DNA of 63,544 nucleotides, filler included, from Octopus bimaculoides (taxonomy: Eukaryota): the NCBI RefSeq assembly GCF_001194135.2. It is 5 parts of 4 records of this genome, joined end to end, with 100 filler letters (N's around TTAATTAATTAA, not from the genome) between each part and the next. Parts side by side here need not be neighbours in the genome. Positions count along the whole stretch, not along the records: positions 38,293 to 63,544 come from NC_068988.1; 4 more parts are not named here. The stretch is one strand, 5' to 3'. The notes under the pieces were generated by a model. The model saw nothing but the letters and a program-made list of their open reading frames with translations. It made no database searches and was not told where the DNA came from. Position numbers and translations under genes: made by a program. Each line of letters opens with the position of its first letter. Within the stretch, counting starts at the first letter, position 1. This document shows, one piece after another, positions 51,001 to 61,545 of this stretch.

Positions 51001-53366
51001 TTACTTGATTTACATTGATATTGTTGTAGCCTTGACCCAATGTTCACAGATATGACCTTGGGGACTCAAGAGACCAAGCAAACCTACGACATAAAATCGC
51101 TTCCATGAAAGCGCAGTTACAGATGATGTTGAAAACGAAACTACTTTCTAAGAAACTAGTCACCAAGTACCCTACCAAAATGGGAAAACTTCGTGGTCCC
51201 ATGGAAATTAGTAAGTTGAAGATTTATATTTTTTTGAGCAGGAAAGGCTTAAATATTGAAAGTGTTGACTCTCCTTTGTGGTACCTTCAGATTTATTTAA
51301 TCACCCCTGTGATTATAATGCGACATGTGGAGGGGAATTACCTAGCTTTCCATTCCAAGCAAAGTCCTTCCAAGAATCATCCTGGAGTGATTGAAAGATA
51401 CCATTGACAAGCAACTCAGAGATGAGCAGGCAGGCTTCAGAAAGGAGAGATCATGCACGGACCAGACTGCAACGCTCAGAGTCATCTTGAGCAGACAATG
51501 GAATGGCAAACGTCACTCTATGTGTGCTTCGTCGACTTTGAAATAGCATTTGACAGCGTGGACAGGCAGACAATCTGGGACATATTACGACACTATGGTG
51601 TGCCAGAGAAGATCGTGGATATTATTCGAATACTCTACAAGTTTTCTTGCCAGGTCATCCATGCTGGGAGATTGTCGGAGGAATTCAGGGTCAGCATGGG
51701 AGTCAGACAGGGCTGTTTGTTGTCACCACTCCTGTTCCTCATTGTGCTGGACTGGATCACCAGGACGGCCTACGCTACCTCCGGGAAAGGTATTCAGTGG
51801 ACACTGATGAACGAGCTGGAGGACATGGACTATGCAGATNNNNNNNNNNNNNNNNNNNNNNNNNNNNNNNNNNNNNNNNNNNNNNNNNNNNNNNNNNNNN
51901 NNNNNNNNNNNNNNNNNNNNNNNNNNNNNNNNNNNNNNNNNNNNNNNNNNNNNNNNNNNNNNNNNNNNNNNNNNNNNNNNNNNNNNNNNNNNNNNNNNNN
52001 NNNNNNNNNNNNNNNNNNNNNNNNNNNNNNNNNNNNNNNNNNNNNNNNNNNNNNNNNNNNNNNNNNNNNNNNNNNNNNNNNNNNNNNNNNNNNNNNNNNN
52101 NNNNNNNNNNNNNNNNNNNNNNNNNNNNNNNNNNNNNNNNNNNNNNNNNNNNNNNNGTTAGTGAGTTTGTCTATCTCGGAAACAAGATCAGCAAATCAGG
52201 TGGATCAGACGAGGACATCACTGCAAGAAGCAAGAAGGCTTGGCAAGCCTTCACTATTCTTCAGCCGGTATGGAAGTCCACTGCCATCTCAACTCGAACT
52301 AAACTCCGTTTATTTAGTTCAAACGTAAAATCTGTGCTTTTGTATGGCTCTGAAACATGGAGAGCCACCTGCAGCAACTACAAGAAGATCCAGACCTTCA
52401 TCAACAAATGTCTCTGGCAGATCCTCCATCTGAAGTGGTTCGCCAGAGTGCCAAACACCGACCTGTGGGAAAGGACCAACCAAGAGCCCATACATGTTCA
52501 GATTAGACGAAGGAAATGGAGATGGATCGGACACACACTGCAGAAAGAACCCTCAAATGTGACATGACAAGCACTTGACTGGAACCTGCAGGGGAAAAGG
52601 AAGCGAGGACGCCCGAAGCAGACATGGAAGCCGAGCATTTTGGACGAGCTCAGGACCACCAGCCTGACATGGGAAGCAACCAAGAAACACGCCAATGACC
52701 GCAAAAAGTGGAAAATAACCGTTGAGGCCCTATGCTCCAGAAGGGGCAAAAAGAATTAAGAGAGAGAGTGATTATAACTGAACATAGCCACTGATTGTTG
52801 CTGTGATGGTTTCACATTGTCCAGTAGACACTTGGAACTCTGTCAGGTCAAAACAACATAGACATAAGTGTGAAAGGGTGGAAGTTTATGTATTTTAGAA
52901 TGATGAATTGCCAAAAATGTTGGTTGTTGAGAGAAAAACACAAAAAATAGATGCAGATATCTTATTTGAATTTGGATAGAGAAATTCTAGATTTGTCTTA
53001 CTTTGTGGTGTTGGTAATGACAGGGGTGACAGCTGGTGCTGTGGAGATGGTTATGCATCTTCTATTTGAATTTCTGTGTTAAAAGACCCAACAGTTTCAT
53101 GAAACTTTCTTTGAGAAAGAATTCTTCAATGGTTTTAGATTTTAATTTCTGTGTTTTTTTTTTTTTCTTTAGACAATTCTTCAAGTGCAATTAGTGAATT
53201 ACAACATCAGAAGTCATTGATGAAAGACAAGAAGAAACAGAAAAAGAAGATTGTTATAAAAAATGTGAATGAATTAAAGAAAAATAATTTAATTGAAAAG
53301 AAACGTCAGAAGGCAATGAGGCGGAAGAAAAGAAAAGAACTGTTGATGAAACAATTCAAAGAATAA
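38758..53366 (+). CDS. DDX24: ATP-dependent DEAD-box RNA helicase DDX24/MAK5, 13 coding exons (5'-incomplete)
   Basis: Exons 38758-38906, 39316-39723, 40309-40419, 40588-40706, 41705-41838, 43692(or 43740)-43858, 44629-44806, 45220-45323, 47148-47265, 48746-48842, 49664-49744, 51050-51210, 53173-53366. All are AG/GT bounded with matching phases (~672 aa). Motifs: Q (FTQPTPIQ), [39 protein letters not shown]24-type features: acidic insert after motif [30 protein letters not shown]. Confidence 0.95.
39316..39723 (+). CDS. DDX24: DDX24 exon (motif I, acidic insert, motif Ia)
   Basis: ttgtag|GGAAGT...AAG|gtcact; [14 protein letters not shown]...[20 protein letters not shown]...KIK. Confidence 0.92.
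40309..40419 (+). CDS. DDX24: DDX24 exon (GG doublet, motif Ib)
   Basis: tttcccag|GTTGTT...GAGAAA|gtatgt; [37 protein letters not shown]. Confidence 0.93.
40588..40706 (+). CDS. DDX24: DDX24 exon (DEAD motif II)
   Basis: ttgtcag|AGAAAT...CGCCA|gttagt; [39 protein letters not shown]. Too short to appear in the ORF track; read by hand. Confidence 0.93.
41705..41838 (+). CDS. DDX24: DDX24 exon (SAT motif III)
   Basis: cctttgcag|TTTCAGT...ATCC|gtaagt; [44 protein letters not shown]. Confidence 0.9.
42466..43012 (+). mobile_element. Internally deleted mariner-like (rosa/DD41D-type) element in a DDX24 intron
   Basis: Termini CAGGGTGACCTCAAAAAA and TTTTTTCTGGGTCCCCTG|TA. Frameshifted WFQQD...[14 protein letters not shown]...[24 protein letters not shown]; about 41 residues between the 2nd and 3rd catalytic positions. 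Confidence 0.8.
43692..43858 (+). CDS. DDX24: DDX24 exon (5' boundary ambiguous: 43692 or 43740)
   Basis: MLMYKM...[39 protein letters not shown], ends AAG|gtatgt. Confidence 0.85.
44265..44434. mobile_element. Tc1/mariner-derived MITE (170 bp)
   Basis: ~63-bp TIRs (CAAGGGTGAGTCAAAAACTAATG... / ...CATTACTTTTTGACTCACCTTCA), TA on both sides (44263-64, 44435-36). Confidence 0.88.
44629..44806 (+). CDS. DDX24: DDX24 exon (motif IV)
   Basis: ctttgcag|GATGTT...TCCT|gtaagt; [59 protein letters not shown]. Confidence 0.93.
45220..45323 (+). CDS. DDX24: DDX24 exon (motif V)
   Basis: tttttag|CCAAT...GAG|gttagt; [34 protein letters not shown]. Confidence 0.93.
45880..46130 (+). mobile_element. SINE family B with RTE-like (GAT)n tail, representative copy
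   Basis: AAAAAGCACCCACTACACTC..GGAGTGGTTG..TTAGGAAGGGCATCCAG...AACCCATGCCAGCATGGAAA..GACATTAAACGACGATGATGAT. Many copies, e.g. 1680-1860, 5820-6010, 8400-8530, 12970-13150, 14330-14480, 40800-41000, 43325-43520, 46680-46860, 49125-49290, 54500-54660. Confidence 0.85.
47148..47265 (+). CDS. DDX24: DDX24 exon (motif VI)
   Basis: ctccttag|AACTAC...AGAA|gtaagt; [39 protein letters not shown]. Confidence 0.93.
47973..48140. mobile_element. Possible hAT-type MITE remnant
   Basis: CAAAGGTTCTTAAACT ... AGTTGAGAACTGCT termini resemble Charlie-type TIRs; no clear TSD. Confidence 0.4.
48746..48842 (+). CDS. DDX24: DDX24 exon
   Basis: attttcag|CCAAAG...CACAG|gttagt; [32 protein letters not shown] (similar to DDX24 FPV...RIRLARQIE). 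Confidence 0.88.
49664..49744 (+). CDS. DDX24: DDX24 exon
   Basis: tttgtag|GTTTGAC...AACTT|gtatcc; [27 protein letters not shown]. Confidence 0.87.
50345..50963. repeat. Head-to-head inverted pair of a tRNA-head/PLE-like-tail element
   Basis: Imperfect ~280-bp arms; central perfect hairpin CTATATGCCTGTA-GACT-TACAGGCATATAG (50611-50640). Confidence 0.88.
51050..51210 (+). CDS. DDX24: DDX24 exon
   Basis: ttcacag|ATATGAC...ATTA|gtaagt; [53 protein letters not shown]. Confidence 0.85.
51398..52770 (+). mobile_element. RTE-clade LINE, 5'-truncated, in the last DDX24 intron
   Basis: [66 protein letters not shown]; ends in a (GA)n tail; internal N gap 51840-52156. Confidence 0.92.
53173..53366 (+). 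CDS. DDX24: DDX24 terminal exon (Lys/Arg-rich tail)
   Basis: ttttctttag|ACAAT...; [25 protein letters not shown]...[16 protein letters not shown]; phase matches the previous exon. Confidence 0.8.
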
Positions 53367-53377
53367 ATTTCAATAAA
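53362..53377 (+). terminator. Candidate polyadenylation signals of DDX24
   Basis: AATAAA at 53362-53367 (overlapping the stop codon) and 53372-53377, followed by GT/T-rich sequence. Confidence 0.5.
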
Positions 53378-55569
53378 ACGATTTGTGGATGTTTGTAAAT
53401 TTGGGTTCATGGCTTTGTTTTGTGTCTGTTTTTCCTTGTTTGCAAGGGTTGGACAAATATGTTATTTGAAGCATTGTTTTACAGCCAGATGCTCTTTTTG
53501 GTACTAATCGTTGCCTGGTTTTCTAGTGAGGAAGACTTTGATGTAAAGAGACCAGTAATATTTCTTAGTAATATTAATTTATACCGGAAACAATATATAT
53601 GATGAATATGACAATTTTTTTAATCTTATATTTATGTTGTAAACAAATAATACAATATTACATGAGCATTTTATAATGTTTCTCTCTTTCCTGGAAACTC
53701 TCTGCGTACCGGCAGCTGATGGCTCGCGAACTGGCACCGGTCCATGGACCACCACTTTGAGTAGCACTGATCTACCTAACTCATTCTTTATAGGCATCAC
53801 ATCTCCATGCCAGTGCAGTCTTCTCTCTTATTATGTCCAGTTTTCCTCTCTGCTCATTTCTGTGCCACTGTTGATGTATATTAGTATTAGACATCCTGTG
53901 AAGCCTGTTTGCCTTGTTATTTTACAGCTTTCACACAATGTACACATCCAGTACCCATGTTTCACTACCATATAATATCATATCTGAGGAACAGTCAATA
54001 AACTGTAAAGCTGTCTGTCAGGAGACTGCCTCTTCATTTTTTTTTTTTTTTTCCACACAGCAGTAGTATAGAAAGAATATATTTACATTCTTATTTAACT
54101 CACAACGATGTTTTGTGATATTTAAATATATTCCAGTTCTGATTAACTCTATGTTGTGCATAAAATAGATATTGTCTAATTGATGACAAAATTATCGAAA
54201 TTTAATAATAAATGAAAATAGAAGAAAGGACTAATAAGAGCAATGACACCTAAGTTTAGACCTAAATAAAATAGGCCAGGTTGATAATGGTAGGACACAT
54301 TCACTTTAGAGATATCAAGTTGCAAATATTGAAAGTATTAAAAACACATTAGTGATAAGTTCAAGATTATTTGATTCATAATTGAACTGAGATAAGCCAT
54401 ATGGTGGCATGTGAGGAGTTATTTTCAGGGCTTAAGATGCAGTGGCCTCAAACAGATAAGTATATGGTTAATTCTTGTCAACTATAACATACTCATGCTG
54501 GTTCCACGTAAAAAGCACTTGTACTGGTGCCACATGAAAAGAACCCAGCTCACACTGCAAAGTGGTTGGCATTAGGAATGGCATCCAGCTGTAGAAACCA
54601 AGCTAAAGTAGACTGGATTCTGGTGCAGTTCCGGTCAAAGCATCCAACTCATGCCAGCCTGGAAAAAGGATCAACTGGAACCCTTGTCGTAACCAACAGA
54701 GTGCCAATGTCTATTGATGTATAATCGGTTCTTCCAGACTCAATGGATTATCTAAAGCCTTAAATCAAATGTTCTCAAACTGTTCGTTCCAGAACATCCT
54801 TTCACCACCTTTTAAATGTGGAGATATTTCATGTGAAGAATAAAGCGTGAAATGTTTAAATATCATAGAACGAATAATAAGCATGTATTGTTTGTTATTA
54901 ATTAAAATTAAAGTTTCTAATTGTTCTTATTTTTGGTAAAACAATATCGAAGATTAAGGATTATCAAAGACATATATGACTATTTATACTTCATTAGCAC
55001 TAAAAAACTCTGCAAGTATTCAATATAATTATGAGTGCTGGTGCGAGCGATTTGACCAGGAAACTAAAAGAAGCCCGTTGTATATGCATATATATATATG
55101 TGTGTATATTTGTCCACCTCCACCGCTTGACAACTGGTATCGGTCCGTTCAGGTCCTGTGACTTAGCGGTCCGATAAAGTGATCAATATAATAAGTACTA
55201 GGCTTAGAAGAAAAGCGTATTGGCATTGGTTTGTTCTAGTAAAAGTTCTTCACGGCAGTGCCCCAGCATGGCCGCGATCTAATGACTGAAACAAGTAAAA
55301 GATAAAAGATCCTATTAATATAAAAAATGGATTAGAAAAATCTCATTTAGATTATCTCGTTTTTCAGTTAACGAATAAAGATATACTCGAATTATGAGGC
55401 ATGGATCTAAAGTGGATATAAAGATGAGGTATATTTTACCAACGACCAGCATAGAATTATGAAGAACATTCATAATGAGCATAATTACATTATAATTGGT
55501 ATAATCCACCATGTAATACTGGTATGACCCCACCTATTGCTAACACTTTCTTTTCTCTCTTTTTTCCCC

Positions 55570-55870
55570 CTTTCTTTTGCATTACTTGCGAAACATTTGC
55601 CTTTGAAAATAAGTATTTTAAGATCTTTAACGGAAATAACACTAAATTATATTATTCTACCACAACTTATCTTGAGCAAAACATAACCACTTCATATGTA
55701 ACTATGTTAACAAGTAATACTAATATGGCCAATTATAATTACAACAATAATGCAGACTACAATTGTATAAATAGATATAATTGTCCTTTGAATGAGACTT
55801 GTCTAATTAACGATGCTGGATATAAGTGTAGAGTTAGAAGCACTGCCTATATAGGCTTATATAGGTTTAA
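55570..55870 (+). mobile_element. Penelope-like element remnant (GIY-YIG endonuclease region)
   Basis: YFKIFNGNNTKLYYSTT...NCINRYNCPLNETCL...GYKCRV..YIG resembles PLE KIFNRNT.K.SYS...CNC..CPL.G.CL..VYK..YIG. Confidence 0.68.
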
Positions 55871-56351
55871 CAGTATGTGTGAGTGTGTAAGTATATATAC
55901 ATACATATATATATTGTATATAATGTGTGCATATAATTGTTTTCGTACGTATACGTGTAAATATACATATATATTTGTAGGCATATATGTGTGTGTGTCA
56001 TTGTGAAGGTGCATGGCCTAGTGGTTAGAGTGTTGCACTCACGATTGCAAGATCGTGGTTTTGATTTACGGATGGGGCGGTGTATTGTGTACAGGCAATG
56101 CCAATATGATGGAGGAGGCAAGTTAATGCACTGCATAAACATATGATCACTGTAAACAAATCATCTTTGCTGGTTGTTCAGCAAAAATTTTCAGAACCCT
56201 CGTTTGTTCATAGAAATGTCCACCACATACATGCATGCATATATACATACACATATACATGCATACATACATACACACACACGCATACATACATACACAC
56301 ATACACACACATACACTCGCATACATACATACATACATATATACATACATA

Positions 56352-56930
56352 CTGGTAGAATGTCCCAGTGAAGACCTCGATAAAATGTAAGCACAACAGA
56401 CCTGATATAATGATTTGGGATAGAAAAGAAACTGTGCACAGTTGTGGAAATTAGCTGCTCAGTGGATGTTAACATGAAGCTGAAGATCAATGAAAAAGAG
56501 AACACCTATGCTGAACTATTGAGAAATCTACAGATACTCTATCCAGATTAGAAGTTCAGGTTTATATCTGTAATTATTGGAGCCTTGGGATATGTAACAC
56601 ACTGCCTAAATACCAATCTTGAGAAATTAGGCTTCTCAAAACCAGAAAAGAGAAAGCTAATTCAAAGACTACAGATCCAATCCATCACTGGAACTGTAAA
56701 ACTGTTCAGAAGTTTATCATTTAGATATATATGAGCATGTCTAGATTTGTGACTATATGCATGAGAGTACATATATAAAACATACAAATCTGCAGATACA
56801 TACACGTATACATGTATGCATACAAACGAAGGTACCCTGTCGATGTTAAAATTCCAATGAAGGAGCCATGGATCTAGGTTAGAAACCGATTCTTTCTCTA
56901 TTGACAAGAAATCTTGAAATAAACTGAATA
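56352..56930 (+). mobile_element. RLE non-LTR retrotransposon 3' fragment (distinct family) within (CATA)n
   Basis: KHNRPDIMIWDRK...VVEISC..DVN..KINEKENTYAELLRNLQILYP..FISVIIGALG; flanked by CATA repeats. Confidence 0.78.
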
Positions 56931-57778
56931 ATGACATACACACATGCATACATACATAAGTACATACATACATACATACATAAGTACATACATACATACA
57001 TACATACATACAAGACTATACTTCCATCCATATGGAGAGTAAATGATAGCTGGCCTAGGGTCACTGTTTCACAATTTGAGAATGTTTTTTTTTCTTCTCA
57101 TTACTTTGTTCTAGAAGTAAAACAAAAAATATTGTGGAGACAAAAATAAAATTCCATTCCATTCCAGGCGTTACTAATCGTAGGTAATGTACCTTTTCGT
57201 CCACAGACCCTACAACATCAGCATTCAAATGTTAGATTAATGTTTAAATTGCCAAATATGACGTCTCTTTTGAAAATCATTGACCAAGGTATAATTACAA
57301 TATTTAAAGAGTATTGTCTTCAATAAACGTTTGGCCAGTTAATAAATGCTATTTGATAAGGAAGGAAGCCTAACATTAAAAGAATTTAGGGAAATCCTTC
57401 AGTATTTTGGCTGCAGCAAAAACAATAAAAGGACCTAGAAACAATAGCCACAGAGAAAAATATGGAAGGCATTCCGACCATACTCTGGTCTTAATTTATT
57501 GATTATTTTGTGGTATTTGAAGAACAAGTCGAAACTGTTTGGGGTGAAAGAAGAAACACAGATCTCAAAAACGAAGACTTCACTAAAATGGAAGAATATT
57601 ATGAAGTTGTGAAAGAAATAACAATAGGCTATAGGCGCAGGCGTGGTTGTGTATTTAAGAAGGTCGTATTGCAACCGCGTGGTTTCAAGTTCAGTCCTAC
57701 TGCGCGCAAATGTCATCTAATGCTTTGTGAGTAAATGTGGTAGACGGAAACTACAGAAACCTGTCGTACACACACACA

Positions 57779-57818
<40 letters not shown>

Positions 57819-58879
57819 CATGTACATATGAACGTACGTATTTATGTATGTAAATATGTGTTTGTGTGTATTTGTGTATGACTGTCTCTGTGTCAGTTTG
57901 TCCATACCGCCACCTCTTGACAACCAATGTTGGTTTGTTTACGTCCTTGTAACTTGACAGTTTTGCGAAAGTGACCGATAAAATAAGTACAAAAAAAAAG
58001 CATGACTACTGGGGCGATTTCAAGGTGGTGCTCCAGCATGGCTACAGTCCAGTGATTGAAACAAGTAAAAGAAGAACTGGTAACTCGAGTTCCAAGATTC
58101 AGCGTTCGAAGCAAAGAAGAAAAGTTGCTGTTTAAATGTTATCTCTGCTGTCGAGAAATTCGTGAAGAAGGCACTGTCGTGGAAGCCAGGAATTACAGAT
58201 GCGTTTATAAAGAAATATTGTAATGAATCATGTATTCCATTTTATTACTCCACTGACACCGGCTCGAGAACGAAATCTGGTTAGGAGGTGCAAACTCAGC
58301 TCCAAAACCTTTTTACAAACAAGGTTTTATTGTGTTTTTATTTATTTATTTATTTATTTATTTTTGTTCTTTGAGAAGAAATCTAACTTTGCGCTACTTT
58401 TTACAGATCACTTTTTATTCAGTTTTTTTTTTTTTTAATCCTGAGAAAAGTAGGGATGCAAACTTTGATTTTATACTCCACAAAAATTTCTAGGGGGTGC
58501 CCTTGCACCTGCTCTTCCTGGACCCATGTCCACTGGAATCAGTTCTTACAAGTTTGCTCTAAATACTCAGAACAGTTCGGTGATTTAGTCTGCCATACAT
58601 CATTATGTTCCTCATGAAGTTCTTGTTGAGCTTTAATCTTCTGAAAGATCTCTCCGTAGATACCATCATAACGGATAATATACAAGAACACTGACAATGC
58701 GTTGGGTAAATGTCATTCGTACATTGTTATCTTATTGAAAAGTTGACGTGGTCCAATATCTTTACAAAAATTTGAAGCATGTATTGTCTTGAAGTGTCTC
58801 ATTTCTTCTTGTATTGATTCTTAGAGATTGTCTGCGAATTATCTAAATAATTTTGCGTGTGCAAAGCCCAGTTCATTTT

Positions 58880-59250
58880 AACCTCCGCCAAGGAAGGAGG
58901 TTATGTTTTCATCGGCGTTGGTTTGTCCGACAATGTGCAAAATAACTCAAAAAGTTGTGAACGGTATTTGACGAAACTTGCAGGAAAAGTTGGTAATGAC
59001 ACAAGGAACAGATGATGAAATTTTGGTAGTGATCCGGGAATCTTTATGGATTCTTGAAGGATTTTTCATTTGTTATTTTTACTTTACATGAAGTATTACA
59101 ATGTTACGTTCTTTGATTATCTCCCTTGAAAACACGTTCATCATTTCCACGTAACTTATGGTGGCGTTGCTAATTCCAAAGTTTATTTTCGTTTCTCTAT
59201 TAGTAATTTCACTCGCGTATCTATCTTAAAATGAACCGCTTGGCGGAGGT
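58880..59250 (+). mobile_element. Helentron-associated non-autonomous element (HINE/DINE-1-like)
   Basis: Subterminal inverted repeats ACCTCCGCCAAG (58881-92) / CTTGGCGGAGGT (59239-50); 5' stem-loop AACCTCC...GGAGGTT. Confidence 0.7.
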
Positions 59251-59263
59251 CTGCGGCGGATGA

Positions 59264-59400
59264 CATGACAAGCCTTGACTACTGGGATCGACTCAAAAAA
59301 CTCAGGCTTTGCTCCCTCCACCGTCGCTGTGAGCTCCATATCATCTGTATGATGTGGAAAATATTCCGTCAACATTACCCATCTTTAAAATTCGTCCCCG
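59264..59400 (+). mobile_element. CR1-clade LINE C-terminal fragment
   Basis: MTSLDYWDRLKKLRLCSLHRRCELHIICMMWKIF resembles the CR1 Y..RL..L.L.SL..RR signature. Confidence 0.65.
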
Positions 59401-59946
59401 CAGAAGATGATATGTAAGTTGCCTTGGAAAATATTCGACCCAGGCTTGATGAGCTTCATAATAAACACAATTAACAATGTATTACATTTTTATTTCTGTG
59501 TATTTGACTTCTGGTTAATTTATGTATTATTGTATTTTCAGCTTTTCATAACCATCGAAATATTGGTATCAAATTTTGGCTCAGGCCGGTAATTTGGGAA
59601 CGGAGGGTAAATCGATTGCATCGATCCCTCCGAAGGGATGAAAAGCGAAGTCGACCTCGGCGGAATTTGAACTCAGAACGTAACGATAGACGAAATGCCA
59701 CTAAGCATTTTGCCCAGCATGCAACCGATTCCACCAGCTCGTCGCCTTGTAAAACTACCGAAGTATTAATAAATGGAGTTAATAAATATTAATAAATGGA
59801 GTTTAAAATGATATTAGGACTGAAGGGACAATAAATATTTTAATAAGTTATCGAATTAACTGAAAAATTAAAAATATAATTTTGTTTTACCTTCGGAGGG
59901 TCATTGCACCAGTAATAAGCACACTCTATTTCTATTTCTATTATTA

Positions 59947-61444
59947 CGGTGCCAGCTGTTCACTACCATTGAACTAAGGTAACACCCCTTATTTTTCGAG
60001 CACCATCCGGAGTATTCAAGCGGTTCGAAGTGGTGCCGTTTTCTGCAAGTGCTCCACCCTTATTGCAGTCCCTATTTGTTCCATGTACTTCTCGAGATTT
60101 TTACTCACTGTTCTCAGGGCTCCGAGAATTATTGGTACCACTACCACCTTTTTCAGCAACAGCAACTGCCTAACCTCCCAAGCTAACCTGTCATATTATT
60201 ATGACTTTTTGTTGGTGGCTTTTGAATACATACCCAGCTTTTCTTTTCCACAGAATCAGTGTCAATGGTATCAAGCACAGTACAAAGATCAGTGGGGACA
60301 GGTAGATGCCCCTCCTAATTTCTACTGTCCCTAAACGTCTTCCGTATGCTGTCAGGTCCGTCCTCCAATTCACCACACTTTTTCCAAGTAATCGCTCAAC
60401 ATTCGATGCAATGCCAAACAGGTTCATACACTCCATAATCCAAGAATGTGGGATCATATCGTACGCCTTACGATAGTCGATCCATGACATGGTTAAGTTA
60501 CTTTTTTTCTCTTCTTGCAGTCTCTGAGTACAGTTTTATCTATCAAGAGTTGATCCTTGGTACCACTGCACTTGCGTTTGCAACCCTTCTGCTCATGTGG
60601 CAGGACTCCATTTTTTTCTAGAAGTATTGTTGTAGCAGAAAATGTGGGTGTCGATGTCAAGAAAAAGAAACATAATGGGAGTGACAAAAGAAAAGATCCA
60701 TGGTGGAAAAGAAGAATCCAGGAAGGGTTAGACATGCTCTTGAAGGAAATCTCTGTGTTAGACCGAAAAGAGAAAGGGGAGCTTAAAAGTGAACAAAAAT
60801 ACAGGGCGCTGAAAAGGAAGTGTAATATTGAAAGAAAGGGCCTGAAGGTAGCAGTGGAGGAACTGAAACAGCGCCTCGTTGCAAAGAAAGCAAATATGGT
60901 AAGATACAACCAGAGAATGAAGGGTTACCACCAGAATATGTTATTCAGAGTAGATCAGAAGAGATTCTATAAAGAAATAAATGGAAGATGTACAGATGAA
61001 GAGTTGATACCAGATAACATTGAAAGTCAAAGGTTTTGGAGTGACATCTGGAGCAAAGACAAGGAGCACAAGAAGGATGCTGAATGGTTGCAAGAACTGA
61101 AACAAGCAGTAGTCTGTCCAAAACAGGTAGAACTAGTCATTTCAGTTACGGAAGTGAAGGAAATCAGCAAAGAAATGAGCAACTGGAAGGCCCCGGGACC
61201 AGATGGAGTTCAAGGCTACTGGATCAAAAGGTTTGGTGAATGTCATGCACGAATAGCTGCGCAACTCAACACCTTGTTAAATGCCGACCAAGTAACATGA
61301 AAATGGTTGACATTGTGTAGGACAGTGCTGTGCCTGAAAAACATCGAAAAGGCACTACGGTAGACAATTACAGGCCGATATCCTGTTTGCCACTTATGTG
61401 GAAGTTATTGACTGGAATACTCGCAGAGTCAATGTACGAACATC
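59947..61444 (-). mobile_element. R4/Dong-type element with inverted 5' segment
   Basis: Minus strand 59947-60621: RLE tail plus RT ([30 protein letters not shown]). Plus strand 60622-61444: upstream ORF part (PWWKRRI...NWKAPGPDGVQGYWIK...[25 protein letters not shown]). Confidence 0.9.
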
Positions 61445-61479
61445 AAAAAAAAAAAAAATTATTATAATTATTCATATTC

Positions 61480-61545
61480 AGGTCACTGCCTGGAATCGAA
61501 CTCGGAATAAGTAGCCCGCGCTCTTAACCACTACGCCATATATCC
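61480..61545 (-). mobile_element. tRNA-derived SINE head (same family as the arms at 50345-50963)
   Basis: Minus strand TATGGCGTAGTGGTTAAGAGCGCGGGCTAC...GAGTTCGATTCCAGGCAGTGACC: A- and B-box-like motifs, no complete cloverleaf. Confidence 0.7.
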
